From Camelus ferus (Eukaryota), in the NCBI RefSeq assembly GCF_009834535.1, contig NC_045697.1, forward strand, positions 95,048,001 through 95,112,000: a stretch of 64,000 bases of DNA, written 5' to 3'. This document shows positions 53,720 through 64,000 of the stretch, one piece after another. Each line of letters opens with the position of its first letter. Position 1 is the first letter of the stretch. The translations under genes were made by a program, and so were the position numbers. The notes beneath the pieces were generated by a model. The model was given only the letters and a program-made list of their open reading frames with translations. It ran no database searches and was not told where the DNA came from.

Positions 53720-53945
53720 ATAAATGAAACAAACCAAAGTGCCAAAAATTTATATAGTTCTGTTCCTTTTGTTTGAAAATGTGAGAAATATAATTGGAAG
53801 AGTAAACAAGACACCATTAACAATAGCTACTTCTGGGGAGTGGAAATGGGCTAGAAGAGAATATTTTTATTTTATAAATTCTTATATTTTTGAACTTGAT
53901 AATGTATATATCATTATCTGTAATGAAAACTGATACTTAATTTTT
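53720..53945 (+). mobile_element. L1ME4-like 3' end fragment
   Basis: 'ttggaagagtaaacaag..ttaacaatagctacttctggggagtgg'. Confidence 0.6.
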
Positions 53946-54859
53946 AAATAGTATATCCAAAGTCATTAGAATTTATGGGAAAGTAATAAATAAAATATGT
54001 ATTTGGAAGAGTCTTGTATTTAGCAAGGATAACATTAATGTGAATTTTAGAAAATTGCAGGGTAATGTCTGAGTAGTCCACTAGCTCCTTCCCTGATGAG
54101 AACTGAAACCCTAACAAGAAATCAATTCATGGCTCTTAAAAATGATACAAAGTACATAAAATCCTTAAAAATATATTCATTTATTCAAAAATACATTATT
54201 TTCAACACTACATACGTGGTGGAGTAGAAATTCTAGGCATTCTAATTGTTGTGTATAACTGCCAGCATTTTGGATGTGTGTAGGAGTGTGACCTAAAACT
54301 TATGTCAACAAAAACAAAATAGAGGAAGAGAAACTACTGTTTGAAGTGATGATTCTGGGTAAAAGCAAAGATAATACCATGGCAATTTAGAAACTGTATG
54401 CCTATAATTTCTATATCCCCCTATTATTATTATTATTACCACTTTGTCTCTATCTTTAGTATAAATAAATGTGTGTTTATGCCTATATCAATTCCTATAT
54501 CTTTATGTTTATCTGCACTGATTTTCATTTTTACATAAGTCTGTAGACATGTGGGAAGTGATTGAAAAGATACTCAAACTTGCATGTATCTGTTCTTGCA
54601 TAATTGATCATTGTTATATAAATTATCATAAAATAAACTTCTTTTCAAACAAAAGGTACCAAAAGTTTTCTGACCAAAAGCTTAAGCTTGTAGCAAACAG
54701 GCAAGCATATAAGGATATATGTAGACAGAATATTTGACTATAGGATCTATTCTGTATTTTCTAGGATGATTATTCCTTGTAACTATTATTTATTTTATAG
54801 CATAGCATCTGCTTAGGGATTTTTTTCAAAATGTTCTAATTAATATAACCAATAGTAAT

Positions 54860-55549
54860 ATATAAGATTACTTTCAAGTTAATGAAGGTTAAGCTTTGGT
54901 GTTCCTCACTTGCAGTATTTTTATACACTTACTTTTGGGGATTTAATTTGCAAAAGAAATATAATTTTAATAGTAAATGAATAAGAATGATGTCTCTTTC
55001 CACTACAACTTCTTATCCATTATACTGTCTGAAAGCATGGTATAAGGTCTGGTGTTTTTGGGTATTAGATTAAGGAAAGGTTGAGTGTACATTTCTGGTA
55101 TGGAATTTGAGGTGTAAATTTGTATGGTTCACACAGTTGTTTATTGCATTTTTCTAACACTCCCACACTCTGGTGTTATGCACAGTAGAAGCATGTTAAC
55201 ATTCTTATGAACTTTGGCCATGCCAGCCAGGAGTATCCTGTGCTCTCACACCCTTTTAAAAGAAACCAGGGTAGAGGAAAGTCTGAATGAGTATTCTGTT
55301 TTGCTGTAAAAAGAAACACAATCAAGGTTTGTACAGAAAAATGTATTATTTATGGATGTATTGAAGTGTGTAGTAGTTTTCTACTTTATAAAATTTAAGC
55401 ATTGTTATAATTTATTTTCTCATTCCTATTGAAAAGCTACTTTCATACTTGATTTTAATGTGTAATTCTGTGTTCTTAAAGCAAACTGTTTAAGCTAACC
55501 CTTCAAGATGGGTAAGCTTTAGGCCTGAAAAACACAGATTCTGTCCCTA
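54860..55549 (+). mobile_element. Arthur1/MER69-like hAT-Tip100 DNA transposon remnant
   Basis: 5' end 'aagttaatgaaggttaagcttt..cctcacttgca'; internal 'tgtctctttccact..ttttggg..taaggaaaggttgagt'; 3' end 'taagctttaggcc..aaaacacagattctgtcccta'. Confidence 0.7.
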
Positions 55550-57539
55550 ATTCTCACCCCAAGTCTTTGTTATTACCCTTCAGTGAACTTGTTCAAGTAT
55601 CCTGATTTCCCCACTTATAGAATAAGATAATGAAATTGAGGACTATTTCTGTTTTTTTGTAACATTTCAAATATGGCTTAAGCCAGTCAGTCTAGTTAGA
55701 GACTAATATACCCATAAGAATATGTTACCTACTAGGAATACATTTTAATCGAAAATGTTGAAACCATTTTAGTTAGATATGGAGTAGAGAAACAATTTAC
55801 ACTTAACTTCCCTGGGGTTCTCTTCTTTTTAAATGATTCATTATCCAGATCAAGGCACTAGACTCTAAGAGTAACAGAATTATTAATTATGTTCATGAAT
55901 TATAGCAATAAAATTAAGAAGAAAAAGTGAATATTGCTTTAAAAATATACATTCCATAATGTATTCAATTATAATAGAACTGAATTCCCTAATTTTATGA
56001 TTTTATTTTTTTCAATTCAATTATTTAGGATGAAAGAATTATCTCATGTTTTCTTTATATCTTCAGCTACAATTTCTAAAAAGAACAATTAAAATCAATT
56101 ATTGCTTTATTTCTTCTTAAAATAAAAGTTCTTAAAAGTGCTAGAAATGAACATATAAATTTGAAAATCTCGAGAAAATCAGCTTTCCCCTTTCCTGATG
56201 AATTTCTGTGTCAAGTAGAGTAAGCCCTTCTATTTTTTCCCTTTGAAAGCTGATTTAAATTTCCACAGAGAACATTCTCATCCTTGTGGTTTTTCACATT
56301 GACTGGGGACTTTTCCCCAAGGCAGGGTCTTTCTCTACAGGGAAATCTCACAGAATTTTTTCTAATCAGAAACTCTGTGAGTTGTTTCCTCTGTGAGAGG
56401 AAAAGTGATATGGTAGACTCCAGGGAAATACTAGTTCTAAGGGGTTTTTTTTCTTTTCTTTTCTTAAAAAAAAAATCTATTCCTTCAAGGAAAAGGGAAG
56501 TATTGCTATTAATAAATAGCACAAAATGAAACTGATATTCAGTTAGGAAATAGGCAGTTTTAACAACAGGGATATGAATCAGTATTTTGACCTTTAAATG
56601 ATCAATTTGTCTCCATCTATAAATCAAATAGTTACAAATTATATTCAGTTTGTACTGCATAAATTCAGCCTCAATTTAAAATGAGGGCTTATCAATGAAA
56701 AGCATAACTTCTAGAAACTACACTGTACACAGGAATTTATACAACTCTTACCAAAAGTATCTGTTAAGATGTATTCTAAGAGATGACCAAACTATTTTAG
56801 CAATTGAATGTTACTCTGGACCAATGTTCCATGTAAGTTTTAGATATGCTAGAAAAAAAGTTTTTGTCTAAGAGGTATTCTGAAAAAAGATGTTTATATT
56901 AATCAATACTTATGCCATTATTTAAACTTGGTCTTATTTTTAAATCTTCATAATGAAATGTTTTGTAAATTTCAATACAATATTATCTTTTGAAAATACA
57001 CTAACTTAATTCAAGAACAAAATTGACACTGAGAGTAGAAATGTCCTATCAAGACTGTTCCAACATATGGTAACAAAATGATATAAATTAGTACTTGCCA
57101 AAGAATATGTTTTCAGTAATAACAGAAACCTAAAACCCTGACTATTCAATTTCCCATGACTTAATTTAATAAGTTTTTCAATTGGCCAATTGTTTTCATT
57201 CTGCATATTCATATTTAACGTTCATGTATATTTGATGTTATTTATATGAAGAATTTTTCCCTGTTCAATTAATTTCCACCTTTGGTATAGAGATTAATAA
57301 TAATACCTGCTATAATACATTGTTCCCATTTTTTCTATTTTCATGTGATAATAAAACACAAACTTTACATGTATAGAATTTTGTGTGTGTAAATCACCAA
57401 AAAGAGAAAGAAAGAATAAGAGAGATGAAAAGAGAGAAAGAAATAAAAGATTATAATATATTAAAATGTATATGCCTATTAGTTAATTTGCTTCAACATC
57501 TCTCCACGGTAATATTACATAATAAATATCCATTAACAA

Positions 57540-58850
57540 CAACTGCAAATGCAACCTATTTTATTCAGTATTTGTATAATATTCTAAACCTACTCAAATA
57601 ATCTAATATTGCTAAACCTTCAAGGGGTTTCCAGCATTTCCCAAATACAAAGTTATGGCAGTACACATTATTTTACATACAGCCTGAGTGGTGGTGCTTT
57701 TATTTCCACTCTCTTGATTCCTGGAAGAAGGAATGCAGGATTCCAGAATAATTTCCATCTGTACAGATATTAACAGATTATTTTCTCAAATGACTGCAGC
57801 AATTCACAATTTCTACAGAAACATAAAGTGGTCTTTTTTCCTCATCCCTACCAGTACCCTGATGATGTCTTATCATGTTTTTTTTTAGTTTCACTCAGTC
57901 TAATATGAAAAAGAGGTATCTCATTCATCAATTAATTTGTGGTTTCTTTCCTTCCAGTAGTGGTTATTTGGTTGGTCTCTCTGTATAATATTTATAAACT
58001 GCATTAAATTTTCTATCAATCTTTTAGTATTTTATTGGACACTTGTAGAAATTATTTATATAGTGCATATAATGTATTATCTATTATATATTCTGCAAGT
58101 ATTTTCCCTGGCTTTCATTAACAGTATTTAATTAAAAATAAATGAAAAGATATATCATAAAATATATATATTAACCAATTAAGAATTATACTATAAAATT
58201 TATCTACCTTTTACTTTATAACTTGTTTCTGATATTGCTTTTAAGGTTCATCTCATGTCAATAAAAAAGTTTAAGTTGTATTTTATGGTTTTATTGTTCT
58301 AGAATTGTGATCTTACTGTCTATTATTGTTCAATGAAATTAACACCTTTCATTTTTACTGCATAAATCTTATGTACATATATTATGAAACTCCATACAGA
58401 CTTATGTAAAAGGCTAGTATCTATATGCACGTGTGTGTGTGTATGTTTCTGTGCTGGTGCTCTACAAACTATTTATTTTGTATGGAGTTTATTACTAAAG
58501 TAAGAGTTTTGTTTTTTTCCTCCACACCTAACCACACTATCTATATTATATTTAGATATAAGCTGCTGATTTTTGTGGAGTTTTCTTATACCAAGCAGCC
58601 TTACCAAATTCTATTTGTTCTAGCAGTGGTTGGTATTTATGTAAAATAATAATATTTATAAACAAATACATAAATACATTTAAAATATAAATGCATGTAT
58701 TTCTAGTATCAATATAAATACATTTTACTTCATTCTTCCAAATTTTATAAGAATATTAATTTACCTTATCTTATTAAATTGTTGAAAGATAATGACAGCA
58801 GCCTTTTCTGCTTCTTTTCCTGATTTTAAGACGTGAATTAATAGCATTGT
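57540..58850 (-). mobile_element. Old L1ME fragments
   Basis: 'ggtttccagcattt', 'cagattattttctcaaatgactgcagcaattcaca', 'ggtatctcatt' and 'gctgatttttgt..ccttaccaaattct'. Confidence 0.55.
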
Positions 58851-60239
58851 ACTTTATATTATTTAACTTTAGATTAATAACAGTTTTTCAAAAAGCAAAT
58901 TAGATTGATTTGGTTTCATAACCCTAGTCTTTATATCCTTCCACTGTGATGATCCAGAAGCAATGCTGCATATTGCCTAAAATACAGTTTTAAATCTTTG
59001 GTGATTTAAGAAATTCATTATTATTTTTCTATATTCACAAAGTTTTTTTGTTTGTTTTTTTTTCCATTTTGTTATTTCCAAGAATCTTTAAAAATGAAAC
59101 AAGAAATTCAGTGCAATTTTTTTTCACCATTTGTGTAGTATAACATTACAATACAAAGCTGATTATTACTGCTCCCAAAACCGAGGCATTCAAAAGTTAA
59201 AATTTTGACTCTTCTGTTTTACTCTTAAAGAAGTAATGGTGACTGCTAATTACTGAAATAATAAGATAAAGTAAAACTGAAATCAGTTGAACACATAAAA
59301 CACATAAACTAATGGCAAAAACTGATAAAAATTTATCTTTAAAGATACTAGATGCAAAAATTAGCCAATGAAAGTTGTTTAATAGAATCAATCACCTTAA
59401 TAAAATTACTTAAGAGAATCAATAGAAATGACAAAGATTTTAACATTACATTTTACATCCTCAAAACTGATATTGAAATTAATAAAATGTTTTCTGAAAT
59501 GTTTACAATGATGAGAACTTACCTTAATTAAAATATGTCAGAAGATCAAATAGAAAAATAGCTAAAGACAAATTGCACTATTTGGGAAATTTTACAATGA
59601 ACTAATATTGCTTAGGAACATTTTTATAATAATTTCTTTATATGTATTTGTCAAAATTAGCATAATTCTCTTTAAAATTATTTGTTTTTGTAAGCATGAA
59701 ACCAGTCCTTCATTAAGTTTAAATGACTGCATCAGAATATCTAGCACGTGTAATAACTGGGATTGTCTATGAAGGTAGGCTTACTTTTTTCTTACTTTTT
59801 TATCTTTTTTTTAGGCTAAGGTAATTTATTTCCCTCCAATATTTCTCTTCCCTTAATTATAAATCAAATTATATTATCTTAAAAGCTTGCATTAAATATT
59901 CCAAGTGGTAGTTTATATATTCTTATGATTCTTCTTTTGTGGAAAGAGTTTACAGGAAATTTACGACATGCCTGCTGTGCTACATTTTATAACCTGCTTT
60001 AAGAGATCCCGAGTGATTTTTAGGAAAAGAAGAATTAGTCTTAGAGCAACACCTTTAGAAATACAGTGACGCATTTGTTTGTCTGAGCATGACATAGCAC
60101 ATGAGATGACCTCTGGAATGTGTTCACATACATGAGACATACTTCATGGCTTGGCTTTGTGATTACTTTGTAACACCTTTGCTCCAGGAAGAACAGGCTT
60201 CTCTGTTTCTTGAATAGGACCTGCAAATCACTATCTATG

Positions 60240-60335
60240 TAATTTCCTTCACCTGGATGCCCTTTGCCTGAATCTCCTCCCTTGAGATAACTTTCCCTTT
60301 ATTTCCAAGTTTAATTTAGCTCAGACTTCTCCAAA
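60240..60335 (+). mobile_element. L2 fragment
   Basis: 'ttccttcacctggatgcccttt..ataacttt..ccaagt'. Confidence 0.4.
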
Positions 60336-60759
60336 ACAACAACAACAAAAAATCAACAAAAAAAGTTTTCCATAAATACGTTATTTGTATATGTTGCTTA
60401 TCAGCTTTTAATGTATTTTAGCACCTTGATAACCCCAGTTCTAAGGCATCCTTATATTCACTAAGCTATTTAAAGTGATATCTTCAGAATAAGTCAAACA
60501 GGAAAAAAATTATTGCACACAAAAGTAGTGCTAAATACAGTGTTGGCAATGGGATGCAGAATTAAGTGCCATCAGCAGAGAGAAAACTTTTCTCTTTACT
60601 ATAGAGACAGGTTGCAGAGTACATTATTGCCTGTTCTAGAAGGTAGATGTATATTCATTGTATTTAATTTTAGCACTTGCTTTTCCCTATTTTTATTGGA
60701 TGTGCCTAGAAATGGATCATAGGTTTATTAATAGTAATGGCTATGCCTTCCCTGGGAAG

Positions 60760-60885
60760 ACTGTTTTATGATTTCCAAAGTGCTTTTTACATATATTACA
60801 ATTTTTGATCCTTTCAACAATCTTGTGAATTAGGGAAAGAAGCAGTTTCCGGTCCATTTTTATCAGCTGTAATAAGAAACAATTT
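60760..60885 (-). mobile_element. MIR fragment
   Basis: 'caaagtgctttttacatatatt..tttgatcctttcaacaatcttgtga..ccatttt'. Confidence 0.55.
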
Positions 60886-62594
60886 TAGCCTCAGGTTCAA
60901 TATTGCCATTTATTCAAATAGTCCAAATATTGAGAAGACTGCTTTATCTTTTTATTTTAAAAGATGCTTTCTGTGGTCTTAGTTATAAATCAAAATATGC
61001 TATTTAAAATAATCCACAAATATGCACTAAGTGAGATTTCTCTTTTCATTATTTAGCACAAGGCTAACAAAAAGGTGTAGACAAATTAGAGTTCCAAGAA
61101 GTATAAATGCAATGAATAAATTAATGCCGGCATTGATAGATGAGGGGGAGAGCAAAGGAATTTCATTGTGCAGCTTGACTGAACAACTTTGTTTCAATAA
61201 TATTTGTAAGTTCAAGGGATTGTTGTTTGGAATGTACTAGAGAATTAAAAAGAATAATGAAATTGATTCCTTAACCTCGAGAACCACTAAGTTCTAAATC
61301 TGTAGAGGTAACCTCAGTTATTCCTGTGCATATCAGCTCCATCTCATAAAGAAACATGAAGACAGCAAATCTATTAATGCTGTGAAATGGTGCTCCTTTT
61401 ACCTCGCCAGGGATACTGTTTAGGACACAATGATTGTGTGAAGTCCAGTTGTGTGTTAACATACAAATGGGCAGTTCTTCACTGAAACACAGCATAGGCC
61501 TCTTTCAAATGGAAATCTGTAAAGGGAAATTATTTTCTTCTGAAGTGCCCCCCAAGTGTTGTTGTCTTTTATTGAGCCCTAAAAATAATGCAATTAATGA
61601 AGAAGAAATTATATATACTTTCAAGATGCATGATTGTAACTTTCATTGGATTGTGTGGTTTTTATCCAGAATGTTAATGGTTAAAAAAGGAAATCCGATT
61701 TCTTTTTCATTTTTTTTATCCCAAGGCATTTTATGGTATCATATTACCCGCTCTATCGTGCTCTCCCAAAAGTTACTGTATATGAGAACTGTCGTATGCC
61801 TTTAATTTAGATCTATATTATTTCCCCTGGGAAATTTCAGAAATGCTGGGTGGGATGTTTGGAAATGGATGGGAGAAAAAAAATCTGATGGAAGGAAACT
61901 TACAGAAAAGAAAAGTAGATGACCTCTTATATCTTTGCTTTTTTTGATCCTTAACATTCAGTGGTAACCTTATATATATTTAATCCCAGAACCAAATAAA
62001 TGGATAGTTTTTGACCTCACATAAGTTAGAAAGTTGAGATTTAAAAAAAAAATCTCTACTGAAACTTTGTTTTCACTTTTAATTTTATTAAAAGATTCAG
62101 GACAGAGTTTCTAATTTAATACTGATAGGATCAAAAATTTCCCACTTACTTTCATTTGATTTTTTAGAGATAAATGAATCACTCAACATTAATCATAAGC
62201 TTCTCTGGGTAACAGATTTGTGTATATGAATGTGGGGTTTTTCCCCTACAATACTATATCTCAATTTTAAAATGTTTTAAAGAAAATCAGAGTTATAACT
62301 CTTGAAAATATGCGGAATCTTTCATAGACTTCCAGTGAGTTATTTTTTAATTCCCATTGTAAGTCAAAATATGTCATTGATGATTTTTACTTTCTTTACT
62401 CCAATCATTAAATGTATCATCTGTGTATAGTGCTTGATGAGATATTCTACACAATATGGCTAATGTTTCTTAAATGCTTACTATTTATTATGCTTTCTTC
62501 TAAGTAATTTATACAAATTGACTTGTATGAATTTTCATAATTCTATGATGTAGGTTTTACTGGGATTCTCAGTTTAGACTTAAAAAAACCAGCA

Positions 62595-62697
62595 AAGAGA
62601 GTTTAAACACCAGGCTGTTGGTCACTCAAAACCGGAATTTGATCACAGACAGCCTTGTTCAGATACCTTGTTCTCAACCACGCCCCTACTGCTGCCG
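62595..62697 (-). mobile_element. MIR 5' fragment
   Basis: 'accggaatttga..tgttctcaaccac..actgctgcc'. Confidence 0.4.
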
Positions 62698-63379
62698 ATG
62701 CATAATCCTACAAGCTTTAAGCAACGTTTTCACCCTGTTCACATAAAAGTCTTTAATTATAAATGCTGTGCTTTGTGTCAAATATAAAACATATGTAGCT
62801 GGACAAAGCAGTATTTTGATCACTTTAATTTTTTTTTTTTTTATTTAGGTTTTACCCTCCTATTTCAATGGGGCAAGAGCTCTCTATTGCATTATTTTTC
62901 TTCATATTCTTTTCAGTGCTTTATGTTTCTGCCACCTGCTTGCCTTTTTTTAAATTTCATTTTTAATTTCATTTCTTCAGCTCCTCTAAAGTGTAGAGTG
63001 GAAGATAGAGGTAGACGTCTTGAAAGTTAAGGAGTGTGATCAGATATGGGAATAACACCTCCCTGCCACACACCCATGCATACTTAATTAATGCTCTGGA
63101 CCTTGTTATTTCAACATTATTGATCCTGTGTTCAAGCAATTATGTCATTTGCTTGTACATCTAGAAAATTAATCTAGTTCCTATGAAGAATGGGATTCTG
63201 GGCATTTTAACAGAAAGGTCAGATTACACTTTCCTTGTTTCTAGGCAGTGGGAATGTTCTAACAGCGCTCCACGGACTTCCAGGGTGCAATTGTGGGAGT
63301 TCTCCGGAATATCCTCTTTGGGAACTTAGATCACATGCCTGTTTTTTTGTTTTTTTCTGCCTGGTTTCCTTCTCCAATT

Positions 63380-63425
63380 TTGTTGTTGTTGTTGTTGTTG
63401 TTATTTGTTTGTTTTGTTTCGTTTT
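63380..63425. repeat. (GTT)n/(GTTT)n simple repeat
   Basis: Read directly from the sequence. Confidence 0.9.
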
Positions 63426-63669
63426 TAATTCCCTGAAATGTGGCACAAAGGAGGTAATCTGGAATCTGAACACCATGGATATGATTTAATTACTTCTTCC
63501 TCATTTAGATTTGTTCTCTAACTGTTGAATTTCTTCTTTGGATCACAAATTCTGTCAGTTTCTTTGGCATTTATAAACCAAGTATCTTCTTTCTACCATC
63601 TTGCCAGGCAGCCTTCCCCTGCCAGGGCTAAATATTTTTAGTATTTCATACTGTGTAACATAAAGCAAG

Positions 63670-63760
63670 TGGTATTTTTTATTGTCTTTCTAGAACCTAA
63701 CACAGTGATTGGCACACATCAGATTCTCAATAAATTTTGATGGATGAAGGGATGCATAAA
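63670..63760 (+). mobile_element. L2 3' end
   Basis: 'ctagaacctaacacagtgattggcacacatcagattctcaataaattttgatggatgaa'. Confidence 0.75.
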
Positions 63761-64000
63761 TTAAACATATAAAACTATTTGTAAAAAACAGGATGTTTGA
63801 CAAAATGGAAGTTGCTTTACCTTTGGTCTCTGAAAGGATATAGCTGTCACATTTCCTTAATGAAAGAGTTCATATATAATTATTCTGAAGATCTTCTTAA
63901 AGTGTACATGAATCCTTTCAAATGTAATATATTTAATGAAATAGACTGATACCAGTATACTGAAGTTCCTGGCTTTTGAGAAAATCATTGGCATATTGGA

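Noticed and set aside
56211..56660. 149-aa minus-strand ORF
   Set aside because: AT-biased composition, no recognisable domain, and no supporting exon structure.

Overview
This is AT-rich, CpG-poor mammalian non-coding DNA (intergenic or deep intronic), most likely cetartiodactyl and possibly camelid. I find no intact protein-coding gene, RNA gene or CRISPR array, and the ORF track is explained by repeats or chance. The window is mostly a mosaic of old repeats (L1M, L2, MIR, MLT1/MLT2, other ERVL and ERV1 LTRs, Tigger13a, MER8, Arthur1) plus three younger 5'-truncated L1s on the minus strand. The most notable structure is a three-level nest at 43.45-46.37 kb. A young L1 carries in its 3'UTR a 5'-truncated processed copy of the oocyte-specific linker histone H1FOO (H1-8). 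That copy is split by a 530-bp ERV1-type solo LTR with a perfect CCAG TSD, five CCAAT boxes and two octamer motifs. A second notable structure is an L1 at 25.1-26.8 kb with an inverted 5'UTR piece joined to its ORF2 3' end. Repeat family names come from my recollection of consensus sequences, not from a database search, and most old-repeat boundaries are approximate. I cannot support a novel functional system beyond these retrotransposition products.
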